64,000 nucleotides of DNA from Ranitomeya imitator (taxonomy: Eukaryota). Below the pieces are notes generated by a model. It did no database searches, was not told the origin of the DNA, and worked only from the letters and a program-made list of their open reading frames with translations. Within the stretch, counting starts at the first letter, position 1, and each line of letters starts with the position of its first letter. The stretch is taken from assembly GCF_032444005.1 (NCBI RefSeq), contig NC_091285.1:13020001-13084000 (forward strand), written 5' to 3'. Of this stretch, positions 41,867 to 56,177 are shown one piece after another. The translations under genes were made by a program, and so were the position numbers.

Positions 41867-44800
41867 AGGGGACCTGTCCCCCCCCCCCCTAGGCGTTTGT
41901 TACTGAAAGAGCCACCATGTGCAGCACTAATACTGCACAAGGGAGAGGTCGCTCTTGAAATTATGCTCCTTGCAAACGCTGAACTACACACTCATGTAAT
42001 GTGTCCCCTCACACCGTCCAACCGTCCTGGAGGTGGGACTTTCCTTTGTAATGTGACGCAGCACAGCCGTCATTGCTACCCCCTTGGCACCGTGCGCTGC
42101 CTCCTTAGCGTTGTTTGATTCCGTCATGGACCCTGCGCTGTTATGTTATCCCTTGGCCATGCACAGTTTGCGCTGCCCGTCCTCTGACATCATTTGTTGT
42201 CGTCCTGGCTGCGCCTGTGCGTCCACGCTGCCCGAAATCACACCTCGCAGTGTCGTCTAATGTGATCCCACAGTGGGCCTGGTATCCATGGCCATGCGCA
42301 GTGCATATACTAGCCTCTCACTCCCCTTCTTCACGCTTCTTCAGACTAGGCGGCGTCAGCTGATCCCTAATAGCATGCCACGGCCGTGACGCCGCACAGT
42401 CTGAAGAAGCAGGAAGGAGGTGAGTGAGAGGCGATGATATGCACTGCGCATGCCCATGGATCCCTGGCCCGCAGTGGGACTACATTAGATGACACTGCAA
42501 GGTTGGATCTCGGGCAGCTTGGACGCACAGGCACTGCCAGCCTGACACCTACATGATGTCAGAAGACGGGCACCGCTAACTGTGCATGGCCAAGGGATAA
42601 CATTACAGTGCGGGCTCCGTGACAGAACCAAACAACGTTGAGGAGGTGGTGCCCGGCACCAAGGGGGTTGGAATGACGGCTGTGCTGTGTCACATTACAA
42701 AGGAAAGTCCCACTTCCGGGATGGTTTGACGGTGTGAGGGGACACATTATATGAGTGTGTACTTCAGCGTTTGCAAGGAGCATAATTTTCGGAGCCACCA
42801 TTTTCCATGTGCAGTATTACTGCTGTACAAGATGGCTCTTTCAGCAACAAATGCCTGGGGGGGGGGGTTAAAGGTTCCCTTTCAACTTGCTCCACTGCAG
42901 GCTTCGGCCTACACTCTGCTCCTCTTTGATTCCCTGGGTTTCAACACTGTCAGTTGCCACCTGGAAGTGTTGTCTACACAGAAAAAAACACTAGGTGATG
43001 TGTCAGTGGGGTTCAGCACCGCCAGCTGTTCCCCTGCTGTGTAGTCGGCAACGTGTCCAGCACAAGCCACGCTGGCACAACAGAACAAAAGCTGCCACCA
43101 GTGCAGGCTTCGGCCTACACTCTGCTCCTCTCCTCCTCCTGCTGACCCTGGGCTCAAACACCGCTAGTTTTTGCCCGGAAGTGCTAGCTGCACAGAGAAA
43201 AACACCAGCCAATGTGTTAGTGGGGTTCAGCAACGCCAGCTGTTCCCCTGCTGTGTAGCCGGCAACGTGACCTGCAAACGCCATGCAGGCACAGGAACTG
43301 AAATTAAAAGGGAACCTGGCCCCACCCCCCCAGGTGTTTCTATGTATAACAGCCACCTAGTACAGCAGTACTGCTGCATTTGTACAAGGTGGCTGACTTT
43401 TTCTCCTTGCCCACGTGGAACTCAACACGTACAAAATGTGTCTCATTGAGACCATTCCACTGTCCCTGAGGTGTGACTTTCCTTTGTAATGATACGCAGC
43501 ACCCCCCTTGGTAGCGTTTCCCGTCTTTTGTCATCATGGTTAGCTGGCTGCGCCTGTGCATCCGCCCTGCTAGAAACAACGCCCCTCGTTGTCATATTTA
43601 TTTTGTCAGCGAGGGTGTGGTTTATGGGCACGAGCAGTGCATATGTTCGCCTGTCTTAACTCATCTCCTTCCGCCTTCTTCAGACTGTGCGGCCTCCTGG
43701 CCGTGGTAGGCGATAAGGGATCAGCTGAGGCCGCCCAGTCTGGAGCAGGTGTAAGGACATGTGTAAGCGGCAAACATATTTACTGCACAAGGCCACGAAT
43801 CCCAGCCACGCAGTGTGATTTTTTGAAAACACACTGTGGGTCTGGGATTCATGTCCATCGCTAACCGCAACGGCCGACATGAAATGAGGTCAGAAGACAG
43901 GAAGCGCTCACAGCGCATGGCCAAGGGATCACAATAGCGCAGACTCCTGTACAGCAAATAACAACGCTCAGGAATCTGCGCCCAGTACCTAGGTGCAAAT
44001 TTTGACACCTGTGCTGCGTCTCGTTAAAAAGACAAGTCACGCCTCCACAACTGTTTGACAGTATAATGGGCTAAATAGTGTACGTGTTTTAGTCAGCGTG
44101 TGCAAGGAGCAAAACAAATAGAGCAACCTTTTACTTGTGCAGCATTAATGCTGCACAAGGTGTGGCTCTTGTACCTTGCAACACCTGAGGGGGGGGTTAA
44201 AGGTAACCTTTGAAATTGGTTCAACTAGGCTTCGGCCTACACTCTGCTCCTCTACTCCTCCTGCTGACCCTGGGCTCAAACACCGCTAGTTTTTGCCCGG
44301 AAATGCTAGCTGCACAGAGAAAAACACCAGCCAATGTGTTAGTGGGGTTCAGCACCGCCAGCTGTTCCCCTGCTGTGTAGTCGGCAACGTGTCCAGCACA
44401 AGCCACGCTGGCACAACCGACCAAAAGCTGCCACCAGTGCAGGCTTCGGCCTACACTTTGCTCCTCTCCTCCTCCTCCTGCTGACCCTGGGCTCTAACAC
44501 CGCTAGTTTTTGCCCGGACATGCAATCTGCACAGAGAAAAACACCAGTCAATGTGTCAGTGGGGTTCAGCAACGCCAGCTGTTCCCCTGCTGTGTAGCTT
44601 GCAACGTGACCTGCAAACGCCACGCAGGCACATGAACTGAAATTGAAGGGAGCCTGCCCCCCACCCCCCCAGGTGTTTCTATGTATAACAGCCACCTTGT
44701 ACAGCAGTACTGCTGCATTTGTACGAGGTGGCTGACTTTTTCTCCTTGCCCACGTGGAACTCAACACGTACAAAATGTGTCTCATTAGAGACCATTACAA

Positions 44801-47800
44801 TGTCCCTGAGGTGTGACTTTCCTTTGTAATGACACGCAGCACCACCCTTGTTAGCGCTGCCCGTCTTTTGACATCATTGGTTAGCTGGCTGCGCCTGTGC
44901 ATCTCCCCTGCTCGAAACAACGGCCCTCGGTGTCTTATTTTTTTGGACAGCGAGGGTGTGATTGATGGGCATGTGCAGTGCATATGTTTGCCTGTGTTCA
45001 CTCATCTCCTTCCGCCTTCTTCAGACTGGGTGTCCTCATGGCCGCGGCAGGCGATAAGGGATCAGATGAGGCCGCCCAGTCTGAAGCAGGTGTAAGGACA
45101 TGTGTGAGCGGCAAACATATTTAGTGCACCAGGGCACGAATCCCAGCACCGCAGTGTGATTTTTTAAAAACACACTGTGGGTCTGGGATTCATGTCCATC
45201 GCTAACCGCAACGGCCGACATGAAATGAGGTCAGAAGACAGGAAGCGCTCACAGCGCATGGCCAAGGGATCACAATAGCGCAGACTCCTGTACAGCAAAT
45301 AACAACGCTCAGGAATCTGCGCCCAGTACCTAGGTGCAAATTTTGACACCTGTGCTGCGTCTCGTTAAAAAGACAAGTCACGCCTCCACAACTGTTTGAC
45401 AGTATAATGGGCTAAATAGTGTACGTGTTTTAGTCAGCGTGTGCAAGGAGCAAAACAAATAGAGCAACCTTTTACTTGTGCAGCATTAATGCTGCACAAG
45501 GTGTGGCTCTTGTACCTTGCAACACCTGAGGGGGGGGTTAAAGGTAACCTTTGAAATTGGTTCAACTAGGCTTCGGCCTACACTCTGCTCCTCTACTCCT
45601 CCTGCTGACCCTGGGCTCAAACACCGCTAGTTTTTGCCCGGAAATGCTAGCTGCACAGAGAAAAACACCAGCCAATGTGTTAGTGGGGTTCAGCACCGCC
45701 AGCTGTTCCCCTGCTGTGTAGTCGGCAACGTGTCCAGCACAAGCCACGCTGGCACAACCGACCAAAAGCTGCCACCAGTGCAGGCTTCGGCCTACACTTT
45801 GCTCCTCTCCTCCTCCTGCTGACCCTGGGCTCAAACAACGCCAGTTTCTGCCCGGACATGCTAGCTGCACAGAGAAAAACACCAGCCAATGTGTTAGTGG
45901 GGTTCAGCACCGCCTGCTGTTCCCCCGCTGTGTAGCCGGCATCGTGTCCAGCACAAGCCACGCTGGCACAACCGACCAAAAGCTGCCACCAGTGCAGGCT
46001 TCGGCCTACACTTTGCTCCTCTCCTCCTCCTGCTGACCCTGGGCTCAAACAACGCCAGTTTCTGCCCGGACATGCTAGCTGCACAGAGAAAAACACCAGC
46101 CAATGTGTTAGTGGGGTTCAGCAACGCCAGCTGTTCCCCTGCTGTGTAGCTTGCAACGTGACCTGCAAACGCCACGCAGGCACATGAACTGAAATTGAAG
46201 GGAGCCTGCCCCCCACCCACAGGTGTTTCTATGTATATCAGCCACCTTGTACAGCAGTACTGCTGCATTTGTACGAGGTGGCTGACTTTTTCTCCTTGCC
46301 CACGTGGAACTCAACACGTACAAAATGTGTCTCATTAGAGACCATTACAATGTCCCTGAGGTGTGACTTTCCTTTGTAATGACACGCAGCACCCCCATTG
46401 TTAGCGCTGCCCGTCTCCTGACATCATTGGTTGGCTGGCTGTGCCTGTGCGTCCCCCCTGCCCGACACAACGCCCCCCGTTGTCTCATATATTTTGACTG
46501 CGAGGGTGTGATTGATGGGCACGAGCAGTGCATATGTTCCCCTGTTTTCACTCCCCTCCTTCCGCCTTCTTCTGACTGTGCGGCCTCATGGCCGCGGCAT
46601 GCGATAAGGGATCAGCTGAGGCCGCCCAGTCTGAAGCAGGTGTAAGGACATGTGTGAGCGGCGAACATATTTACTGCACAAGGCCACGAATCCCAGCACC
46701 GCAGTGTGACTTTAGGAAAAGCCACTGTGGGTCTGGGATTTATGGCCATCGTTAACCGCACCGGCCAACATGAAATGAGGTCATGAGACGGCCTGCACTA
46801 ACAGGGTATTGCCAAGGGATAACACAAGAGCGCAGACTCCTGTACAGCAAATAACAACGCTCAGGAATCTGCGCCCAGTACCTAGGTGCAAATTTTGACA
46901 CCTGTGCTGCGTCTCGTTAAAAAGACAAGTCACGCCTCCACAACTGTTTGACAGTATAATGGGCTAAATAGTGTACGTGTTTAATTCAGCGTGTGCAAGG
47001 AGCAAAATTAAATAGAGCAACCTTTGACTTGTGCATCATTAATGCTGTTCAAGGTGTGGCTCTTGTACCTTGCAACACCTGAGGGGGGGGTTAAAGGTAA
47101 CCTTTGAAATTGGTTCAACTAGGCTTCGGCCTACACTCTGCTCCTCTACTCCTCCTGCTGACCCTGGGCTCAAACACCGCTAGTTTTTGCCCGGAAATGC
47201 TAGCTGCACAGAGAAAAACACCAGCCAATGTGTTAGTGGGGTTCAGCACCGCCAGCTGTTCCCCTGCTGTGTAGTCGGCAACGTGTCCAGCACAAGCCAC
47301 GCTGGCACAACAGAACAAAAGCTGCCACCAGTGCAGGCTTCGGCCTACACTTTGCTCCTCTCCTCCTCCTGCTGACCCTGGGCTCAAACAACGCCAGTTT
47401 CTGCCCGGACATGCTAGCTGCACAGAGAAAAACACCAGCCAATGTGTTAGTGTGGTTCAGCACCGCCAGCTGTTCCCCCGCTGTGTAGCCGGCATCGTGT
47501 CCAGCACAAGCCACGCTGGCACAACCGACCAAAAGCTGCCACCAGTGCAGGCTTCGGCCTACACTTTGCTCCTCTCCTCCTCCTCCTGCTGACCCTGGGC
47601 TCTAACACCGCTAGTTTTTGCCCGGACATGCAATCTGCACAGAGAAAAACACCAGTCAATGTGTCAGTGGGGTTCAGCAACGCCAGCTGTTCCCCTGCTG
47701 TGTAGCTTGCAACGTGACCTGCAAACGCCACGCAGGCACATGAACTGAAATTGAAGGGAGCCTGCCACCCACCCCCCCAGGTGTTTCTATGTATAACAGC

Positions 47801-49998
47801 CACCTTGTACAGCAGTACTGCTGCATTTGTACAAGGTGGCTGACTTTTTCTCCTTGCACACGTGGAACTCAACAAGTACAAAATGTGTCTCATTACAGAC
47901 CATTACAATGTCCCTGAGGTGTGACTTTCCTTTTTAATGACACGCAGCACCCCCATTGTTAGCGCTGCCCGTCTCCTGACATCATTGGTTGGCTGGCTGT
48001 GCCTGTGCGTCCCCCCTGCCCGACACAACGCCCCCCGTTGTCTCATATATTTTGACTGCGAGGGTGTGATTGATGGGCACGAGCAGTGCATATGTTCCCC
48101 TGTTTTCACTCCCCTCCTTCCGCCTTCTTCTGACTGTGCGGCCTCATGGCCGCGGCATGCGATAAGGGATCAGCTGAGGCCGCCCAGTCTGAAGCAGGTG
48201 TAAGGACATGTGTGAGCGGCGAACATATTTACTGCACAAGGCCACGAATCCCAGCACCGCAGTGTGACTTTAGGAAAAGCCACTGTGGGTCTGGGATTTA
48301 TGGCCATCGTTAACCGCACCGGCCAACATGAAATGAGGTCATGAGACGGCCTGCACTAACAGGGTATTGCCAAGGGATAACACAAGAGCGCAGTTTCCTG
48401 TACTGCAAATAACAACGGTAAGGAATCTGCGCACAGCACCTAGGTGTAAATTTGTACACCTGTGCTGCGTCTCCTTAAAAAGACTAGTAGTCACGCCTCC
48501 ACTACTGTTTGACAGTATAATGGGCTAAATAGTGTACGTGTTTAATTCAGCGTGTGCAAGGAGCAAAATTAAATAGAGCAACCTTTGACTTGTGCATCAA
48601 TAATGCTGTTCAAGGTGTGGCTCTTGTACCTTGCAACACCTGAGGGGGGGGTTAAAGGTAACCTTTGAAATTGGTTCAACTAGGCTTTGGCCAACACTCT
48701 GCTCCTCTACTCCTCCTGCTGACCCTGGGCTCAAACACCGCTAGTTTTTGCCCGGAAATGCTAGCTGCACAGAGAAAAACACCAGCCAATGTGTTAGTGG
48801 GGTTCAGCACCGCCAGCTGTTCCCCTGCTGTGTAGTCGGCAACGTGTCCAGCACAAGCCACGCTGGCACAACAGAACAAAAGCTGCCACCAGTGCAGGCT
48901 TCGGCCTACACTTTGCTCCTCTCCTCCTCCTGCTGACCCTGGGCTCAAACAACGCCAGTTTCTGCCCGGACATGCTAGCTGCACAGAGAAAAACACCAGC
49001 CAATGTGTTAGTGGGGTTCAGCACCGCCAGCTGTTCCCCTGCTGTGCAGCTTGCAACGTGACCTGCAAACGCCACGCAGGCACATGAACTGAAATTGAAG
49101 GGAGCCTGCCCCCCACCCACAGGTGTTTCTATGTATATCAGCCACCTTGTACAGCAGTACTGCTGCATTTGTACGAGGTGGCTGACTTTTTCTCCTTGCC
49201 CACGTGGAACTCAACACGTACAAAATGTGTCTCATTAGAGACCATTACAATGTCCCTGAGGTGTGACTTTCCTTTGTAATGACACGCAGCACCCCCATTG
49301 TTAGCGCTGCCCGTCTCCTGACATCATTGGTTGGCTGGCTGTGCCTGTGCGTCCCCCCTGCCCGACACAACGCCCCCCGTTGTCTCATATATTTTGACTG
49401 CGAGGGTGTGATTGATGGGCACGAGCAGTGCATATGTTCCCCTGTTTTCACTCCCCTCCTTCCGCCTTCTTCTGACTGTGCGGCCTCATGGCCGCGGCAT
49501 GCGATAAGGGATCAGCTGAGGCCGCCCAGTCTGAAGCAGGTGTAAGGACATGTGTGAGCGGCGAACATATTTACTGCACAAGGCCACGAATCCCAGCACC
49601 GCAGTGTGACTTTAGGAAAAGCCACTGTGGGTCTGGGATTTATGGCCATCGTTAACCGCACCGGCCAACATGAAATGAGGTCATGAGACGGCCTGCACTA
49701 ACAGGGTATTGCCAAGGGATAACACAAGAGCGCAGACTCCTGTACAGCAAATAACAACGCTCAGGAATCTGCGCCCAGTACCTAGGTGCAAATTTTGACA
49801 CCTGTGCTGCGTCTCGTTAAAAAGACAAGTCACGCCTCCACAACTGTTTGACAGTATAATGGGCTAAATAGTGTACGTGTTTAATTCAGCGTGTGCAAGG
49901 AGCAAAATTAAATAGAGCAACCTTTGACTTGTGCATCATTAATGCTGTTCAAGGTGTGGCTCTTGTACCTTGCAACACCTGAGGGGGGGGTTAAAGGT
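41867..49998. repeat. Higher-order array: palindromic MITE copies 2-7 separated by 2-3 copies of a ~180-bp subrepeat
   Basis: MITEs at 41867-42880, 43309-44209, 44647-45550, 46199-47103, 47755-48664, 49099-gap; periods ~1330-1560 bp. Confidence 0.9.
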
Positions 49999-50098
49999 NN
50001 NNNNNNNNNNNNNNNNNNNNNNNNNNNNNNNNNNNNNNNNNNNNNNNNNNNNNNNNNNNNNNNNNNNNNNNNNNNNNNNNNNNNNNNNNNNNNNNNNN
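49999..50098. other. Assembly gap (100 N)
   Basis: Run of exactly 100 N, typical of an unknown-size join. Confidence 0.99.
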
Positions 50099-50379
50099 TA
50101 TAGCGGTATACAGCACTGAGGGTTTACTGCAGTATATGGAGATAAAGCAGCACAATATGATAAGGATTTCCAGACGTATATAGCACTATATGGGGGTATA
50201 AAACAAGATATGGAGAGTATATAGAACTACATGTCGGTATACAGCAGGATATAGAGTATATAGCACTATGGGGTTATACAGCAGGATATGGAGAGTATAT
50301 AGCACTATATGAGGGTGTACGGCAGGATATGGAGGATATATAATAGCACTATATGGGGGTATACAGCAGGATATAATCC

Positions 50380-50800
50380 TTTGCTCCCCTGACCAGTGAT
50401 GATCTCAGTGATTTCTCTCGGTCTCACGCCGCCATTGTTCCGAGCAGGTCGTCACCGGGGAGGACTCAGGTCTGTGACTAGATGTAACGTCCTCGCGATA
50501 AAATGACAGGAAAAAGTGCGGGAAATTCAAAATCCCCAACAGTTCTGTGCTCCGCCCACATGTGAGGAGAAGCCGCGGCTCCTGCTGCTGGGGGAGGGGC
50601 TGGTGATCGCCCGGTGCCCGGATGGCTGCAGTCTGCTCTGCGGGAGCTGGAAACATCGGAATCTAAAGGGTTAACACCAAGTGTCTGCGGGGAAGTGACC
50701 CAGTGGGCGGAGCCATAGCCCTACTGAGTGCTGATTGGCTGAGCGCTGAATATGAAATTCCCGCCCAACGCTCTTTGTTCTCCTCAGTAACACGTGGTGT
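50380..50800 (+). other. H4-ghost element 3
   Basis: Same sequence and junction (~50551), preceded by 41-bp repeats. Confidence 0.78.
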
Positions 50801-51017
50801 GATGGCGGCGGCTCCTGACAGACTGAGTGGATCTTGTAGATAACTCACTATGCGACAGTGTGTACAGCATATGGCGGTATATACCGCGCTATATGGGGGT
50901 TATATCCCAATATATTTTACTCCCTCATCTAGTGCTATCAATTCCTCAGCGTTAGAGACGTTTTCATCAATGTGCACATTAGGGATCACACTAGTCCTCA
51001 GCATTAGAGCTTTGTGT

Positions 51018-51102
51018 GAGAAAAACCAGGTAATGATGGGAGAACATACAAACTCCTTGCAGATGTTCTTGGTGGGATTTGCTCCCCGGACCCCAGCACT
51101 GT
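51018..51102 (-). mobile_element. tRNA-derived V-SINE-like fragment
   Basis: Minus strand GCTGGGGTCC..AAATCCCACCAAG..ATCTGCAAGGAGTTTGTATGTTCTCCC; family call from memory. Confidence 0.5.
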
Positions 51103-51328
51103 ATGAAGACTACACAGCACAGAACAGGGATATTTAACCCCTGCACAAAGTGGCTGGATAACACTAACATAATAGGGATCTACCCAGTGTATACCCCTCA
51201 TACATAGCCAACCGTACAACATATGTACACATCACACCAGAGATCAGCGGCATCAGCTCTTGTGGTGACGGTGTGGGTGGCTCTTAGAAGAGCCTTTGGG
51301 TTGTGTGGATAGATGGGATCAGTGTTGC

Positions 51329-51769
<441 letters not shown>

Positions 51770-51770
51770 C

Positions 51771-52938
51771 TAGTGATGTGACGTTCATGAACGAGCCGAC
51801 TCAAAGAGCCGGCTCTTCACTGTGAACGATATGAGCCGGCACCTATCAGTGAGCCGCTTGTTATCTAGTGGCTCTCTGCTCTCCTTCCCTTCCCTGTGCT
51901 GCTGGTGGTGGAGGGGGAGGAGAGGAGCCAGGAGAGACTGTGCTGGAGGGGGAGAGAGGAAAGCTGCTGCTGAAAGTCCTGTAGGTGAGGAGTCGGCAGC
52001 AGCGCACAGTGTTATCTCATTCACCGGCCAATACAGAAGCAGGATGTAAATGAAGGCAGAACATGTGACCACAGAGCAGCCAGTCACAGCTCAAGTTTCA
52101 CTTGTCCTCATGCACTGTCTTCTTACATCTTTGGCTACTTTCACACTAGCGTTAACTGCAATCCATCACAATGCGTCATTTTGCAGAAAAAACGCATCCT
52201 GCAAAAGTGTTTGCAGGATGCGTTTTTTCTGCATTGACTAACATTACGCAACGGATTGCCACACGTCGCAACTGTCGCGCGACGGTTGCGCCGTGTTGTG
52301 GCAGACCGTCGGCCGCAAAAAACGTTCCATGTAACGTTTTTTGCAGCCGACGGATCGTCTTTCCGACCGCGCATGCGCGGCCAGAACTCCGCCCCCACCT
52401 CCCTGCACCTCACAATGGGGCAGCGGATGCGCTGAAAAGCAGCATCCGCTGCACCCGTTGTGCGGCGGAGACAACGCTAGCGTCGGTAACCTCGGCCTGA
52501 CGCACTGCGATGGGCCGAGCCCGACGCTAGTGTGAAAGATGCCTTTATTGGCATCCTGCCCTGTGTTCAGTAGCAACATCAGTCCCTTCAGAGAGAATTT
52601 TCTCCAAAACAGGGCAGATAATCACAGAGAGAAGAAACCGGATCAGCCCGTCCAAACTGAGGCACTTAGTGTTTCTTAATGCCAATTTGTCCTAATGACC
52701 TTCTAAAAATGTTTCACTGTTAAGTTATACGGCTGTTTTGCACATTTTTTGCATTTGTTTGATGTTCTTATAATGAAAAATAATATAAACAATGTTAATC
52801 TGTTAACTAGAAGGTTTTGTGTCATTGTTTTGGTGAGATTACTGAAGAGCCGATTCAAGAGCCGAAAGAGCCGACTCTTCTTGCTGAGGCGAGCCGAAAG
52901 AGCCGATTCCCAAAAAAAACCCCGAAGTCCCATCACTA
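51771..52938. mobile_element. Non-autonomous hAT (TAGTGATG termini) between the H2A leader and its TATA
   Basis: TIR TAGTGATG/CATCACTA, TSD GTGAGCAC/GTGAGCGC, GAGCCG subterminal repeats. Confidence 0.9.
52133..52543. mobile_element. Harbinger-type MITE nested in the hAT
   Basis: GGC..CTTTCACACTAGCGT TIRs, TTT on both flanks. Confidence 0.8.
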
Positions 52939-53209
52939 GTGAGCGCTGCCTCCTGTGCCTTTTATAACCTACTGCTGCCCCGCCTCCTCTCCTGCCACTG
53001 GCTAAATCTGAAGTCACTAATGCAAAAAAAGACTTGTGGAAGCACCAATGAGCTGCAGTGGGTGGAGATAATTATATGAACATTGGTCACATGACTTTCT
53101 CACCCAATAGAACAGTGATCTGACAGCATTGCTCATTTGCATGGCCGCTCTATAAATACGGCCGCTCTGGGAGGAGCAGGATCATTATTTTCTTTTCCAG
53201 TGAACTTGA

Positions 53210-53611
<402 letters not shown>

Positions 53612-53924
53612 TCTGCTCTGTGCTCTGCACCCACAACCCAAAGGCTCTTCTAAGAGCCACCCACCCCGTCTACATCAGAGCTGTGGCTGCTCTTGTTCTT
53701 TTCAATGGGGAACATGTGGCTGCACTGACCGACATCTCATGTGTTCAGAGGCTCAGACGAGGGTCTGTTTCTGTCCTGGCACAAGTTGGGAGGGAGATTA
53801 GAGGAAGGTGATATAAAGATGGGGAGAATGATGATGTTGATAGTGGGCTATAGAGCGGATGTGGAATGCTGGGAATGGTCTGGCCATAAAGGGGCAGATG
53901 CCGGCCACCATTGATGCCCTATTA

Positions 53925-54629
53925 GGCTTCTTTCACACTAGCGTCGGAATCTCAGATTCCGACGTTAGCGTTTGCTGCATTGCACAATGGATGCAGCGGA
54001 TGCATTTTTCCGGCGCATCTGCTGCCCCATTGTAAGGTGCGGGGAGGTGGGGGCGGAGTTCCGGCCGCGCAATGCGCGGTCGGAAAAAGCGGTCAGTCGG
54101 GAGAAAAAAAGTTACATGCATGTTTTTTTTCTCCTGACGGTCTGCCAAAGCACGACGCATCCGTCCCAAGACGGATGCGAAGTGTGCCAATCCGTCGCAA
54201 ATGCGTCGTCAATAGAAGTCTATGGGGGAAAAAAACGCATGCTGCAAGCACTTTTGCAGAATGCGTTTTTTCTGCAAAATGACGCATTGTGACGGATTTA
54301 AAAAAACGCTAGTGTGAAAGTACCCTTAGGGTATGTGTCCACGTTCGGGCTTGCTTCAGGCTTTGGTCAGTATTTTATGCAGGTAAAATCCTGACCAAAA
54401 CTGCATGTGAGGTCACTGGCAGGTCACCTGCGGTGTTCTGGCGTTTTTTGCTCATTGTAGCAACATGCTGCGTTCAGAAAAAATGCGACGCATGTGCGTT
54501 TTCGCGGCAAAAACGCATGCGTTTTTTCCTGCATAGTGGAGACAGGATTTCATTAAATCCCCTCCACTATGCTGTAACATCTGGACGCTGCGGAAAAACG
54601 CAGCGTTTCCTGAACGTGGAAACATACCC
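53925..54629. mobile_element. Two abutting Harbinger-type MITEs (53925-54325, 54329-54629)
   Basis: TTA-MITE-TTA-MITE-TTA; empty paralogous site near 9581. Confidence 0.85.
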
Positions 54630-55053
54630 TTACACTTCAGTCACTGGATCCTGTTCTCCCAGAGTGCGGAGTCCTAGTTCTCTGGTTACGTTGTTCTGCT
54701 GACAATAGGTGGAGATGGGCGGTTTAAGGGCTTTCAGTGTTCGTGATGTTTCCAGCAGTTTCTATTAAATCTCATTGGAGCTCTGTGTTCTCGCTGATAT
54801 TCCTGATATTACACACCCTCTGCTCTGCAAACAGCTGAAGGCACAGGGTCAATAAGCTCCCAAAGAATGATCTATTTGTAGGTCTGAATCTCACATTAAT
54901 GGAGCAGTAGTGTCTTGACACAGGCGCTGCTGCTACGTGAGCAGAGCACAATACGGAGGGTATAAAGCACTGCATGGAGGAATATATAATTTACATGGAG
55001 GACGTATATAATTTACGTAGCGCCAACATATTCCGCAGCGCTTTACAGTTTAA

Positions 55054-55408
55054 GGGTATGTGCACACGTCAGGATTTCTTGCAGAAATTTTCCTGACAAA
55101 AACCGGACATTTCTGCCAGAAATCCGCATGCGTTTTTACCGCGTTTTTGACGCGTTTTTGGTGCGTTTTTTTGTGCGATTTTTCCAAAATGCATAGAATT
55201 GCGGGAAAAACGCAGAAAATCCGCAAAAATAATGAACATGCTCATTTTTTACCGCGATGCGTTTGATGGAAAAAAACGCATCCATGTGCACATAACATGC
55301 AGAATGCATTCTAAATGATAGAATGCATAATGTATGCGTTTTTAATGAGTTTTTATAGCGTTTTTACCGCAAAAAAACGCGGAAAAACCTGAACGTGTGC
55401 ACATAGCC
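55054..55408. mobile_element. Harbinger-type MITE (27320 family)
   Basis: GG(G/C)TATGTGCACACGT TIRs; empty site near 10004-10018; right TSD not visible. Confidence 0.8.
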
Positions 55409-55733
55409 CAGTTTCAAACACAATTTCAAACACACCAGTCATAAGTAACAACGTTAATAAGAATACAATAATTGGAGCAAAATAAAAAATGGAGGTTATA
55501 CACTACTATGTGGATGGTGAGAATACAGCACTATAGTTGACAGACTGATCTGCAGATCTGGTTCTCACATTGTAATCACTCGGAGCAGGAGGTCACTGGG
55601 GAGAGGAATCGGGTTTCTGACTATTTTTAGGGTCATCATGGTGGAAGCTGGAAAAAAAACAAAATAAGCGGGAAATTCAAATTCACTAACAGTTCTGTTC
55701 TTGGCCAATCAGCAGAGGAAGGGGCGGAGCTAA

Positions 55734-56177
<444 letters not shown>

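Larger units (their letters stand above)
34844..49998 (+). mobile_element. Giant putatively autonomous hAT transposon; right end lost in the gap
   Basis: Left TIR TAGTGTTGAGCATTCCGATACC with GTATCGG subterminal repeats, intact transposase, internal arrays running into the Ns. Confidence 0.85.

Noticed and set aside
42900-49600. Recurrent 60-150-aa Cys-rich ORFs in the hAT arrays
   Set aside because: Translations of tandem repeats with frame-shifting indels between units
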